Source of the DNA: Octopus sinensis
Taxonomy: Eukaryota
Assembly (NCBI RefSeq): GCF_006345805.1
Contig: NC_043002.1
Span: 20,088,001 to 20,152,000 of the forward strand
Length of the DNA: 64,000 nucleotides
Direction: 5' to 3'
A program made the translations under genes and the position numbers. Of this stretch, positions 24,420 to 39,185 are shown piece after piece. The stretch's first letter is position 1; each line of letters opens with the position of its first letter. The notes beneath the pieces are model-generated. The model made no database searches. It was not told the origin of the DNA and saw only the letters and a program-made list of their open reading frames with translations.

Positions 24420-26796
24420 TGTTATATCCTTATGGATAAACAAATACACTGCAATAGTGTAATGACAATATAATCGAAATAAATGGCAGTAACCACATGT
24501 AAACATGTAACGTAACAATAATCTTTTAAGAACCAACAATCCAACATGCTAACTCGAACTGTGCACTCCAACTTTGAACTAGTAACACATGAACTGTGGA
24601 ACTAGCATGGTGATTTTATTACAACCACAGGGGTTAAACAAAGAGAGGACAATATACAGGACAAATAGGGGTTGGGGACTTGCCGGATGAGATTCCATAT
24701 AGTGAATAAAAACATAATCGAAAATGAAAGAATGAATGGATGTGGAATGGGTTTGACCCCACCAACCACATTCCTGCATTGAACCATTTTTTTTCCCCTT
24801 TTCCCCCTGCTTAATTAGGTGCTTACATACCCAACATTTGGACTACTTTCTTTCACTTACTCAGATCGCTACTATTTATATGTAGTAGTCCAGTTCATTC
24901 TCGTCAGGGGGGCATCAAACTCTCACACAACATCTCCCCTTTTGAGATTTCATGTTCCAAAGGAATAAAGAATTTTTTTTTATTTATATATATATATATA
25001 TTTAGTATCTCTTTTTCTTGGGCATTATCTCAAGGTGTTTGGTCTGCTTTCTTTTTCTAAAGCTGGTTCTACAGGACTCTACTACTTTTGGTACCAGTAC
25101 ATCAAATATTTCACAGAATACTTCCATAGGAATTTCTTTCTGATCTTGGGTATGTCTCTTCTTTAGTTGGTTTATATGTCTCATGTTCACCCTGTGACCC
25201 TTTAATTAGATATGTCACACCTCCAATTTTTCTGATAACAAGGCCATCTTCCCAGTCTTCTTTACCATTTCTTTCTATAGGTTTTGAAATGCACTTTATC
25301 ACTTATCTTTTTTTTTTTCTCTGGTAACAGCTTATCAAAAATGGATTTTATTCTTGTGAACATCAATTCTACAGGAGACTTCCCTGAATTTGTACTTGGA
25401 TTGGGGGTCACTGTATATTCCTATGAAAGTTGTGTTTTGTTGTTACTTAATTCATTCCTCAAAATGTGATATTGATACATGTTTTGCCCATGAAATGTAA
25501 TTTATTGCCCATTACACCAAGTGCTATTGTTGTTGTTTTACATAATCTCGGTTTACCAATTTTTTTTAAGTATCCACATTTATAATTGAGATGTCATTAC
25601 CTGTCTCTAACTGTAATTTTGTATTCACATCTTTTATCCTTTACGTGCACAAATTTTTCTTGCTTTTCCATTGTAATCACTCTCCGCTGAAAACACCTTA
25701 GAACTTTTTGTGTTTGAGCCTCGTAGTCCTGTTCTACAATGAGAACTCCTGTGCCCCAGCTTCTGACAACTATTGCACTTTTTGTTTTTAAACAGACAAT
25801 CCTTTCACATCATGTTTAAGATATACCATAGTCTGACATTCTTCTACAATGGTCTGTAGAGATAAATCCTGGTTCGCTTGCTGCATTTTTGAGAGAATCC
25901 TTGCCCGAATTTCTCTATCTTCAGGTGTTATAAGTCCTTACACAACGACGTGATTTGGACATATCCTGAGTTTGAAATTTTCGCACATATGGTAAGCTAC
26001 TCCGGTGTAGGTGATAAAATCCTCTTCCTCATTTTTAGTTAAGTTCCAATACTCCATTCTGGTGTTGAATGACGAACTTCTTTCACAAAAAGTTTTTAAA
26101 AGCAGTTCCATGATTTCTTGGAAACCAATCTCACTCACTTTTTGGGCAGAATACAGGTACAGTAACACTCATGTTCAGCAAGAGCTACCTTGCATAGTAA
26201 AAGCATTACTTTCTGCTCCTTCAACCAGGACTTACACTCGTTAAAAATTCTCTCATTTCTTCTATAATACATGGGAAACAATACCCTCCTCTGGATTATA
26301 CATAAGTTCAGAAATTGCATTAGCCACGCCATCTGGCGTAAACAAGCTTACTAGATTTTTGGACTTCGACAACTGTAACTCAGTTGTTGTTGTTGTTGTT
26401 GTTGTTGTTGTAGTAGTAGTATTTGTTTTTGCAACTCCTGTGGTTGTTCTTGTTGCTGTACGACTGTGGCTAATAGGTTTTCCATGATGCAGAAATTGTC
26501 AAATAACCCATGAGAGTTTCGAATGATTCTTGTTACCAGATGTTATATCCTTATGGATAAACGAATACACTACAACAGTGTAATAATATAATTGAAACAA
26601 ACAGTAGTAACCACACAAAACGTGGCCACAATCTTTTAAGAACTAACAATCCAACTGTGAGCTTTGAACTCCCAACTTTGAACCATCAACACACGAACTG
26701 TGAAACTAGCATGAACTACCTCACTCAGACCACTACTACTTATATGTAGGAGTCCAGTCCATTCTTGCCAGGGGGGCATCATACTCTCGCACAATA
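24420..26796 (-). mobile_element. Internally deleted Ty3/Gypsy LTR retrotransposon (LTRs 24420-24932 and 26541-26796)
   Basis: Two diverged direct repeats starting TGTTATATCCTTATGGATAAAC and ending ACAACA/ACAATA; polypurine tract AAAAGGGGAGA next to the 3' LTR; decayed PBS TGGTAACAAGAA; GTTTC/GTTTT flanks; gag-like remnants (FMYNPEEG, EEEDFITY) and integrase-tail remnants (WEDG..RKIGGVTYLI..RHINQLKKR); no RT seen. Confidence 0.88.
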
Positions 26797-29700
26797 GTTT
26801 TCTAGGCATAGTATACCTCAGACTACATTATATTTATTATGTTCTTTAACCTTTTCACAGTGAAATTAAATTTCATGATTATTCCAGTAATGATGTTAAA
26901 TATCTACCAAAAATTAAATTGGAATTTTCTGAAATTCATGCTGCCTCAACAAATTTGAGACATTTCAATAGAAAATAGTTTCAAACAGTTTTCTGTAGTT
27001 GAGAGTAATGAAATCTGGAGGGTTAAGATGACAGGATGTGTTTTGAGAAAAATTTGGATGCTATTCTAGCAGCTCAGGCATCCATGTAAAGGATACCAAT
27101 GCATTTCAATTATTTCTCAATTAAATAAAAATCTGAGAAATTTAATACAATAGCTTTATATCTTTATATCTTAGTATGGACACTGAGTAGCTGTCAACCA
27201 AATGAAATCTCATGTTCATGTCTTCATGTTGTAGTGAGATTTTGATCAAAATTTTAAATTGAAATATTGAAATTTATTTTAATTATCATAAATATGATTG
27301 GCACAATTTCCACATGCAGAGCCAATTCACCAATTCCACCATAAGAATTTGTTAGTGTTTATCTCCATTAGTTAAGGAAATAAGCCTATTAGGAATAAAA
27401 TAATTGATATAATGGACTGACATTTAATACAGGTTGCCTCTGTATTTTCAGCTCTTAACCAGTCAGGAGAAGGAAGAGGTGTGGCACTGATAATTTTATT
27501 TTAGACTAATATGTAACATTTAGAGGAGTGGAGAATAAGCTGTGGTATTCAAGCTTTTCCAAGACTTAGCAATATAGGTAAAAGAGTTCTGGAAAAACAA
27601 GTTCCAGATTGTACACATATGCTAATTAAGTCACCCAAAAATCCGTACAATAAACACACAATCAAAAGAATTAGCCTTTACTTAGGTTATTGAAGTAGTG
27701 TATAAAAATACCTTTAGAATTTTAATATTATTTCACAAGACAAGGCTTGCATCAGACTTATTTAACCATTTAGCATTTAAATTAGCCACATAAAGTCCAA
27801 ATATTCTACCAGCTAGACCCAAACTTTCACACCTATCCTACAATGCCATTCTAAAAATATACAATCACATCATTGAAATCTCAAAGCTATGAGATAATGC
27901 ATCATTATTTCAAAACAATATAAAAAAGCATTATATTTGACAGAGTAAACTGAATGTTAAAGGGTGAATACCACAGAAGTTGTTTCCATAATATACATGA
28001 TGGCTGCTACTGAGAGCCAATATAAGTAGACTTGCTGGAAGTGTTCTACATCATTCAACGTCATGTAAGAAGATATCAACAATACTCAATATTCTAGGCA
28101 AATCTAATAATTTATTTGAGAATCATATTTTTCATTAAAAATAGAAATTTTTAATTTAACAGCATGAGAATCATTCCTATCGACACTGGAACATATTAAA
28201 TCATAAAACCCACCTATATCAAACCTTACTCGCTGTAAAAGATGCAATAATGTTTTATGTAGGAGTGTATATATTAGGTTACAATTTTAGCATCAGTACA
28301 GTATACAAAAATACTGCAGTTTGGAAAACTACTAAATCTTAATTATTTTAATATATACTACAAACATCTACTGTTGATAGAAATAGCCAGCAAAAGACTT
28401 AGCGAAAATCTGTTAAACTGGAAAATAAATTACCCCCATCACACACACACACAATTTCAAATACTCCTTGTTGAAAATTCAGCTTGTAAAGTAATTTGAA
28501 GAAAGGCAGAAAGACAAACTGCAGAAACACTAGAACTTATATTTTCTTTCCAGGGGTTAGTTGCAAAAGTATGATGCAACTTTAGTTGCATCGTAGAAAG
28601 GGTTTGTAGTCTTTAGTTAAGCCCTAAGTTGAAAGCCTACAGAAGTGAACTTCCAGACATAGTAACACTTTTAAATTATATATTGGGGTCTATTCATTTG
28701 ACTATATACTTTTGATTAGCTTTTATGGCATTATTCAATGTTAGAAATCGATATCTTTGAAGTAATATGTACAGTGAGTCAGCAGGCTCATTTGTTTAAT
28801 GTCTGGTTTTCCATGACATCATGGGTTGGACAGTGAATTATTTGAGGAAACAATTTACAGCCAGATGCCCTTCGCGTTGCCAACCTACAATTTTTCCAAG
28901 AAAGGGAGGGGCTTTCTATTCTGCTGATTCTTGAATGCTCAGCATAGCCTCACTTAGTGACAAACAAAGCCAGATAACATCACCATTCATGCACATATGC
29001 ATGCATATACATACACACACATCACATGTATATAAAACATGATTCTCTAGTTTTTGATTATCAATTCTGCCCACAAGGAATTATGTGACCAGGGTTATAG
29101 TACAAAACAATTGCTTGGAAGCAAACTTTGATCAACACAGCCATGTTAGCACATGGTGTATAGATTTCCCCTTTTCATATTCCTTGCCTTTCATTACTCA
29201 GGTGAATGAAGTACAAGTAATATACTAATGTCTATATTCCTCTACAAAAATTGAAAGATTTTTCTAATCTAAAGAAATCTATTTTCTGCAAGGGTGATTT
29301 TCAAGCCTGAACTGATCAGGTAGGCCTATAATCAAATACATTCCAACAGTGATCACCCTCTATTTTTTTCAGACAGTGTACCCAAGATCACATTACTAAA
29401 TATGCCCCTCACTTTTTAAAAAAGGTGTTAACTGGGAGAAATTTGGTTCCTATTTTTAACAGGTGAAGTGATCACATAGAGGATTACTTCATGGGATTAT
29501 TTTCAAATGTGCTTAACAGAAGTATGAGGATTTGAACTTATAATATTGATAAAATTCTGAATTTTTAAGCTGAAGGGCCCTGAATTTACACCCCATTACA
29601 CATGTACTCTGGGAAAACAAACCCTGCATAACCAGGTTACCTGGACACACAAGATAAAAAAAGAGAGAAAGAGAATATGATAACTGGATGATAGAATACT

Positions 29701-32129
29701 AAGTTAGAATGTGATGTTTAATTTGGGAGCTTAAAGTGGCAAGATTAATCTTAGACAAAAGAGAAATGAACAGATGTGTGCTTCACAATTCAATGTCAGG
29801 TTAGAGGAGGGGGAAAATGACTCCAGTAAATAATGCTCATGTAAACTGTATGAGAACAGGTTCAGAATTATAAGAGAACACCCACCAAAATCAATAATAA
29901 AATTGAAAAAGAAAACAAACACTACCAATACAAAATGCTAAGCAAAATATCAATTTTTCTATGACTTGAGTAGGCTTTACCAAACATAGTAAAGCTATTT
30001 TCTTTTAAATGAAAAAGTTTGATTAAAATGAAGTCCCTTCTATTTCAGCTAGAGAGAAATGGGTTCTGCTGGGTGACTAGTTCTAAATGCATCACATAAA
30101 GACTATAGTTGGGAGGGTTGTCCTCTCTCATCCAACATTCAGCTGGGTATAGGTATGGCTGTGTGGTTAAAAAAATTTCTTAGCAAACACATGATTCTGA
30201 GTTCCATTACAATGTACAGCACTTAACAGATGTCTTCTAATATAGTCTCACACTGGCCCAAGCCTTCTATGTGAAATTGCATAGACAGAAATAAAATAGA
30301 AGCTCACTAGATGGACTGCACTTGCTTTTCAGTGCTAGACTTTCACCATCTGACACTTGGCTGCTTTTAGTAGAATTAACTGTTTCGAGTATTTGGACTA
30401 AATGTCTTGTCTGAGGTCAGCTTGGCAACTTAATGTGTTGCTTTCTATTACAAGAACCAATAAGTTGATATTTCTTTCTTCCTTGAGACCACCAATCTTG
30501 GAGGCCCAGGAAGAAAAAGATTGCAGAGCATTAAAATTTTAAAAAAATATATCCTATGAGTGCCATACTAACTCCATCCAGAAGCTATATGCCACACTTC
30601 TTTATCTACACCACCTCTGCTAGGTTTGGTACTAAAATATACACTGTTCACTCCAGAACTTGTCTCCTGAGCTCCTTCATTGCAAACATCTTGTCATTCC
30701 AGCATTTTTAGAGGAACTAATTACCTTCACAACACTTCAAACTCCTTACATGTTCCACTTCATTCAGGGCTTGATAGATTATGAGCTAACTTTCTTTCCA
30801 ATAGAAATATTCCTTTCTACAATAGGTACATAGCCTAACATTGTGGGAGAGGGGGACAGTTATTTATATCAACCCAAGTGCTCAACTGGTACTTATTTTA
30901 TCTATCGCGAAAGCATAAAAGGCAAAGTCAACCTCAGCGAAATTTGAACTCGGAACGTAAAGTCAGAAGAAATGCCGCTGAGCATTTTGTTCAACATGGT
31001 AATGATTCTGTCAGTTTGCTGCCTGACATTTAATATTAGCCTCTTTTTCTTCTCTCTCTCTATCTACCCATCATCATTCTAGGTGTATTTTGTCACATTT
31101 CATGAAGAGATGAAACTTGAACATTTTTTCATGAGGACTTCTCATGATACTTGATTCTCCTGGTGAAGACATACATCATCAATCACACACACACATGCCT
31201 TGTTTACCTAGATTCACTGAACCAAGAAAGCCTCTACATGGTCATTTGAACTACTACAAATGACAGCCGAATCTCCCTCAAATAGGGTGAGTTAGGGTTT
31301 ATATCAGATATGATCCTGGATTCCTGAATATAGGGAAAAAGCAGGATGGTCATAGCTGGAATGCCTTTAATCATAGGTCTGCTTGATCAAGGCTGACCTG
31401 AGGCTAAACAAAAATATTAAATATAACATTACTCAAACCACAATAGTTTGTAGCTAAACTATGAATGTGCAGGAGATAAGCTTTTAAGCATGGGTTAGTC
31501 AACTTAGCACATACACACACCTTTATCATCAAATATTTTTTTTCTTTAAAAGCTGCTTTATGCCACTGAAACCTTCTCATCCATTTTCTATATTTTTTTC
31601 CTTCGTGATCTGAAGAAAGGAAGAACTAAAAGCCTCTTACTGGCAAGAAGATAGAATGTTTAATCAATTGACATAATATTATTGGAACTTACATTTTTCA
31701 TTTTTTTTTGTTCTTATAACTAAAACAAAACAATTCTTTTATTGATTATCCCAAGACAAACATATAATGCTAAATATGTACGCACGTTTGCACGTGTGTG
31801 TGTTTGCGTATATATGAATAAGAACAAACTACCAATTCCTGGGAATTGCATGGAATATTTTTTTCTTTTAAAAACAATGTTCTACTTTGAGAATAGTAAA
31901 TACTACATGAAATTACGAGTACATCTTAAAACAAAGTTGCAACTAATTTCATTTGGTATAATGCAAATGATTATCTTATATGTGCAAGGCAAAGACTGAA
32001 AATCAACATGTTTTAAAATTATAAAATATACCACAGTGAGAAAGATGGTGGTTTCAAGGAAAAGCTGCAGTTAGAGAAATGAAGTATGCCAGGGCAGGTT
32101 TGAGGAGAAAATCTGGCAAGGGATCCAGT

Positions 32130-33450
32130 TGTGCATGCATCTCCTTCGTGTGGTACAAAGGTTCCGAGATCAGCTATCACCACTTAATTCCATCTAGCTC
32201 AAGTGATCTTTATACAGCCATCCTCATCAATATGCCTCACATGTCCATACCAGCACTGTCTTCTTTCTTGCACACTAGATCTGATTCCTCTCATGCCCAG
32301 TTTTTCTCTCACATCATTTATACCAATGTCATTCATGTGCACTTATATTGCACATCCAACAGAACATGCTCACTTCATTTCTTTCCTCTGCATCCAAGAC
32401 CATACAGCATCACAGTTCTGACATAAGTATCATACTTTCTGTGTAAAACCGTTATTGCCAGCAGTTGTAGCTCCCTGAACTTTCTTCAACCCAAGTTTAC
32501 TCGGCCTACTATATTTTCAGAGTAACCACCTTCTCTCTTAATGACATTTAGGTCTAAGTAACAAAGCTATCAACTATCACTAGTGAGCTACCTGGACATT
32601 TAGGAGAATCTATTTTTGGTGTGCTCATAGTATGAGCTGCTCCAGTGCATCTGTCACATATGAAGTTTATGTTTTCTATTAGTCTACCTGTGAGTCTATG
32701 AAACCTATTTGACTAGCTTTCAATGGGCACAGTTTATGAAGTTTATACATACTCCTTTCCTGCATATGAAACAAACCTTTTCCTAAAGACACCAAAATTG
32801 TGTTTTCTTTCCTATTTACAAAAACCATCTTTTTTAAGTTTGCCTCAAGACCTCTCAATTCTAGGTTTGGCTTCCAACTGTAGAATTTCCTCTCTAATTT
32901 CCTTACTGATTCAGCTAGGAGAACTAGATCATTAGCACATAAGTGTTCCTATGGGCAGCTAGTTTTAAACCTTTGTGATGGCCAGTAGGACTACGATGAA
33001 CAGGAGAGGATTGAGCCTTGGTGGATTCATACCCTGAATCTAAATTGATCACTAAAAATCATTACTGACTCACTTAAACTGCATCTTTACACATGGCTTG
33101 TACAACTCCATTTGTCTACACCCAGTTTCCTTAGTGGCCACCTAATTACTGAACACGTACCCTGTCAAATGTCTTCTTCAAATCAACAAATGCAAAGAAT
33201 AGTGGTTTACTCTTAGCCAAGTACTTTCTCCTGCAGTTGCTTCACTGAGAAGATTGCATCTGTGGTATCTCTCCTGGGCACAAAGCCAAACTATCTCATC
33301 TAGGTCTGCTCTGTCTTGGATCAATTGTACTGTAACTCTCACCATGACCTTCATAATGTAATCCAGTAATGTGATAGCTCTTTAATTTCCTCGCTGTAAG
33401 ACATCTCCTTTGCCACTGTAGTAGTTTACAATTATACTGCTATGCTTACT
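32130..33450 (-). mobile_element. Decayed RTE-clade LINE reverse-transcriptase fragment
   Basis: Minus-strand remnants KPLFFAFVDLKKTFDRV, a degenerate YADD region near 32925-32960, and SSVQERRQCWYGHVRH near 32240-32290; many stops and frameshifts. Confidence 0.8.
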
Positions 33451-34984
33451 GTTGTTGGTTCATTCTTGTTTAATGTCTGCACCTGTATAAACAAGTTGTG
33501 CCACGGTTTGCCAGCAGTTGGTTGATTTACACAAATAATTATGTATATCCTCTCATTTAATTTACCATCATTCATTCATTCTTCAAAACTGCTTGCATTT
33601 GCCACAAAAGTTGTAGTTTACAACTATTATCCATAAATGATAATTATTCCTAATGTCATTAATATTATCAATGTTATACCTGTATTACGGTTGTTGGTAG
33701 GATGCTAATACATGAAGGGGCGGGGTACAGTCACAGAGGGTGAGAAGTAGAAGTTTTCTACTTATCAGGGGAGATAAGAAAGATTTCCAGTATAGGGGGT
33801 GGGGACAAGACTGCATGGGCTTACTGCATGTAAGCAAACCTTTAACTATATAAAAAAGAAGAAATATTGATATTAAAGAAAATAGCAAGCAAGCCTCTAG
33901 CTTTCATGAGATAGAAGAAAATTTATTCAAGAGAATGGGACACAAAATTAAAAGATAGGAAAACAGATATGGTACTTATCTTGGCACCATATCTTGGAAG
34001 TAAATCACTTGATATCCATCCTTCATCCTTATACTGTACTCTGCACCTATATTTTATATTAATTCAGCCCCATCTTGAGCCACCAAATTATCTTCTTTAC
34101 ATTGTTGTTCACTCTCCTCACACATTATGCCTGCCCCTCACTTCCTCACCACACACACACACACACACAACCTACCCAAACACATGACATCTCTCTCTCA
34201 TATTCTTCCCTTAACCACTAAAAAATTTTTTTTTAACCTTAGATAATACAGTTCTAGGTACATTGTAACAGAAATGTTTTATTTATCTATTTTTTGCTAA
34301 TGGTATGGTATGATTTGGTTGCTATTTACAAAGAGGCTATAAATAAAAAAAAAAGAGGGACAGCAATATGGAGATTATAAATATTCAAAACTCATGAAAT
34401 GAACAGAATGCATTGAAGTTTTAAGGTCAATAATTTGTTGACCAACAGTCATGCCAAAAGAAGTTATGTTCATCATAATGGGTACAGATCAATTTAAAAA
34501 ATTCAAAATATCCTTTCAACATGTATTATACCAGTTAACCAAGGTGAAACCTTAGGCAATGTGGTAGTAAGACATAAGGAATCTATTCAAGAATAGTTTT
34601 AACTTCAAAATAAGATTGAGGGGAGTTTTCAAAACTGCATGTCCCTTTAGAATGACATTTGTACTAGAGCTACTATGTGTTAAGGTATTTGTCTTACTTC
34701 TGTTAAGGTTAGTGATGTAAAGTCCCTTAGTGGCTTGGTCATTATTAGAATAACAAGCTGATCAAAATTACTCAATAATAAGTCATTTTTTTGGAGAAGT
34801 AATCTACCTTATCTAAGAGATATAATGCTGACTTTAATGGCCAATAGGACAGGGACTGGTGGTTCTCTCTTTATCCATATTTCCAAAGGATGCACCTATA
34901 ATGATTATCATACGATATTTCAACAAATCAACCAGTTAATGTAAACTGTCACAGGCTGATGTATTAGACACCAAGGTCTTTCTA

Positions 34985-35191
34985 CAAAGGTGTGCTGAAA
35001 AGTTCCTGGCTGTGGGTAAAAGAAAATACAAGAGGATGAGTTAATTATGATTTTATTCAGCATATTCCCATCTCAGATTCACACATATTGCAGCAGTCCT
35101 TCAGTTTTTCTAAGCCTGAAAAAGAAGGTTGGGCCTCCAACCAGGCTTTTCGTGATACTCTTAAAACCAGGAACTTTTCAGCCCCCTCTCA
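34985..35191. mobile_element. Tc1/mariner-type MITE
   Basis: Inverted termini GCTGAAAAGTTCCTGG / CCAGGAACTTTTCAGC, TA on both flanks, about 207 bp. Confidence 0.75.
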
Positions 35192-38100
35192 TATCATGTA
35201 TACTATTTTGCTAGTAAGTTAGATATAAACACAAATTTAATTTCGCAACATGACTGCTTTAGATAATTATAATTTAGCTTTAATATGTTTTTAGAGTAAA
35301 ATGGGCAGAAGGATAATCTAATAACTTACTAGATATACAGTGTTTTACCAGCAAATTCAACCCCAAAGCTGGATATCACAACACTACTAGAAAAGCATTA
35401 CTCAATGAGGGTGACTCAATTTGCTAGAGACAGCAATCAAATCTCTTTCAAAAAACTATCATCTTAAAAGGACACAATGTAGTTATAGATACACAACACC
35501 TGAATAAAAAGACAGGATAGTTATAGCTGGAATGACTACACCTCAAACACCAGGGTGAATAATGAATTAGTAACGAAATTGAAAGTTTGTGGCACCAATT
35601 ATCAGAGAGTTAAAGAACTGAGAAATGGTAAACAAGAAAATTGAGATACAAGATGAAGCAAAAAAAACAACAAAAAAACCCCAGATCTGATCAGACCATA
35701 CCAACTTGTAAAATAATCTAATGATGATGATGACAATTTGTAATAAAAAAAAAGAAAGAAATAGAATTTTAGAGTAGCATCATTTTGAATCAACATATGA
35801 TGAAAGAGAGCGAAAAAGAAATTGAGAGAGACTAATGTCTAACTGTTCAACTCTGTCTCTTAATTTAATGAATGAAAAATAGCATTAAAGAAGAAAAGCA
35901 GAAATTCATTAAGAAAGTAATGAGATCCTATTTAACAGACATTAAAATATGAATATAAAAAGACAATAATCTATATGTTGGCACCCTCACACTGCATCTC
36001 TGAGAGCATTATTAACAAACAGCATCTGTGCTGGATAGTATTAGTGAAAAAGAGGAATATGGACATAGATATTTGTCATTTTTCTGTTTTATTCAAACTA
36101 AATGATTCTGTTTTTTTTTTTTCTGCTTGTGCAGAAATATTGATGTTCTGATGCAGGTCACATGCTGTTCAACAGCAACACACTCATGTGGAAGAGGTTT
36201 CCTTATATAACCTCGCACTGAATGTTGCACCTCGCATAAACTACAACATTGACAGTGGAATCTCATGATTTAATGTTTCTAACATCACTTCCACAATGAC
36301 AGTGGTGGTGGTAGTAGTAGTAGTAGTAGCAGCAGCAGGAATAATTTACACAATTATGAGCTGGAAATCTTTCTTTTGGCCGGAGAAATACATACTACAA
36401 AATTACAATCTTTAAGAAAGAAAATTAATACTGGCATTTTAATGAAAGTCTAAATCAATAAACACTGCATGACATTCATTGTGAAGAAGCCATTGTAGAA
36501 AACTATGCAATATTAGTAATATTATTAGCATTAATGTGAAGCATAGATAACAAAACATGATCTTAACAGATCGATTTCAAATAGGATTTGTTTCCCTCTT
36601 GCAGCTACATGACCCTCACACAGACAATAAAGGACAAACAGTTCAATAAAGACATATCATCCTCATCTAATAGATACAGAAAGGAGCTAAGATGGACATG
36701 CGACTTAAATAGCAATTAAGAACTTGTTAAATGGAAACATACTCCTGACAATATCAAATCAGTGATAAATGTAAATAACTTGGTCTTACTGGCTCAAATG
36801 GTTCATAGAAAAATGGTACATTAATGCAGTTTGGAAACACAAATGCACTGGTGTAGACATGTGACAGAAATGGACAATGAGTTCTGAATGAATAAATGAC
36901 AGTAAAAGACCAGGTAAAAAAACTGACAAACAAAAAGTGGTGTGATAAGATCTCAAAATGTTGACAAGATGACACAGGATTGAGGGAAGTATGGTAAAAA
37001 AAGTGCAATTAAATCAGGCCAACCCATATACCGAACCCCCACATAAATGATTCCTCAGATAAATACAAGGTTGCAAATTTTAGGAGGTTAGTCAATTACT
37101 TAGATTCCAGTAGATCTTTACCCTAGAACCTGGAAAGACAAAAAGTTGCTCCTCTCTTCATCTACCCAAGGGCTTTAAATTCAGAATGTAAAGGGCTGCC
37201 ACTACATTTCTGCCAATCACCAATTCTGGTATTAATGATTTCTCACATTAAGATGAGGCCATACATTTTGAGACGTAATACATTTAAATCAACCCCAGTA
37301 CTTAAATAATACTCATTTCATTAATCTTGGATACATTAAAATGAATAAGATAACCTAAGCAAGTTGTCTTTTACCAAAGCAAACACAATTTAAGCAAGCC
37401 TTCCTTCCACTGTCTCAGCATCAATGTTTTGTAACAGATATATGGGATGCAAATTAACAACAATGTTGATCTCATGCCGAGGCCAACATTGCCTTCAGAA
37501 TAAAAAGAGCTAGAACAAATATGACGAAGCAATTTTAATGATGCTGTAACAAAACTGCTAATCTACCACCCTAAATACTATTGATAATAATGTTTCTAAG
37601 GCCTAAAATGTGGGGCAAGTAGAGGCAGCCAATTAAAAGACCACAGTACTTGACTGGTACTCTATTTTAACCTCAGCAGGATGGAAAGTAAAGTTTAACT
37701 TTGACAGGATTTTAATTGAATAGTAGTATTAGTTTCTCATATTGTGGGTAATGGCTAAGGGTTGACTGAGGGTTTACTCGAGTACATTATTGTAACCTAT
37801 TTTGACTCTGAAAAATTTGAAAAGCAAAGTCTAGCAGGATTTGAAACTCAAATGTAATGGAATATGCAGCATGGAATTCAAGTCAAGACTACCATTTCTG
37901 TCGCCCCTAATAAAGGTTTGTAAGCCATAAGATTTGGGAAAACAGTTAATACAGATGTTAATATTCCAGTGCTACTCATTTTATCAAACCCTGAAGGATG
38001 AAAAATGAAGTTGATCTTAGTGTGATATGAACTCAAAAAACACAACACTGCAAGGCATTAATGCTTATTTTTCTATTATAACTTCTAACACAAGCACACT

Positions 38101-39185
38101 CATTTTTTAAGAATTTTTAGAAGATGGTTAGACCAACATTAAAGGATTACAATGAAGACGATATATTCCTCTCTGGATGAGACACTGGTCCATTGCAGGA
38201 TTACCCATTTTTAACAGCTAAGTGGACTGGAACAATGTGAAATGAAGAGTCTTGCTCAAGAACACAATGCATCACCCAGTCCAGGAATCAAAATCATAAT
38301 CTTATAATTATGAGTCCAATACTCTAACTAAGCCATGTGCCTCCTTTTTGAAGATAATGTTGATTAAATCAATCCAAGACTTTATAAACCAAGGAGGGAT
38401 AAAATATAGAATTGACTTCAGTAAGATTTGAACTTGGGATGTAAAAGATCTGACTAAATACCATATGTTATTCAGTCAAAGGATTCTACCAATCAGCCCT
38501 TGGTATTTAACAATGACCCAAAACCAGACATTTTGAAGTAAATTTAATCCACCCCAGTACTTAACTGGTACTTCAACTAAATTACATTCACACTATACAG
38601 CATTCTAATTTTCATTCATCTTAAATTTTAGGGTTGTCTCCCCTACCTATCTTGACCAGCATTAATAATTTATGTGATTTTGCTTCGATAAATCTGCAAG
38701 CTTAATGAAAATTTATTGGCTCACTACATCAAGTATTAACTTCCATAACGATGGCTTGACTTGAGGAAGAATTTTAAGAACAAAAAAATATCAAGTAATT
38801 CCAATTGTAATTAAAACTACTTGGTAATGGGATCTAAATGTCACAACAACTATATCAAGTGCATGCTATGTTAAGCCACCATCTACTGAAATACTTGTGA
38901 ATAAACTAGCAAGAGACAATAAAATAATCCAATTCTTTAAAACTTATTTGTGTAGCAGGTGCAGGAAAGGTAGGAGAGAATTTATATTTATTCATGTGTA
39001 ATATGCACTTTATTTTCCAGATATTTAAACTTTAAAATTTAGGGTGCTCACAAAGCATGAGGATAAATGGTATTTATCTTTTCTTCCACTAAGAACTGAG
39101 TGGCCATATTCTAAAGAGCATGACCTGAAGTTATATCAATTGGCAAAAATATTTTTAATTAAAAATGGAAAAAAATTTTTTTTAA

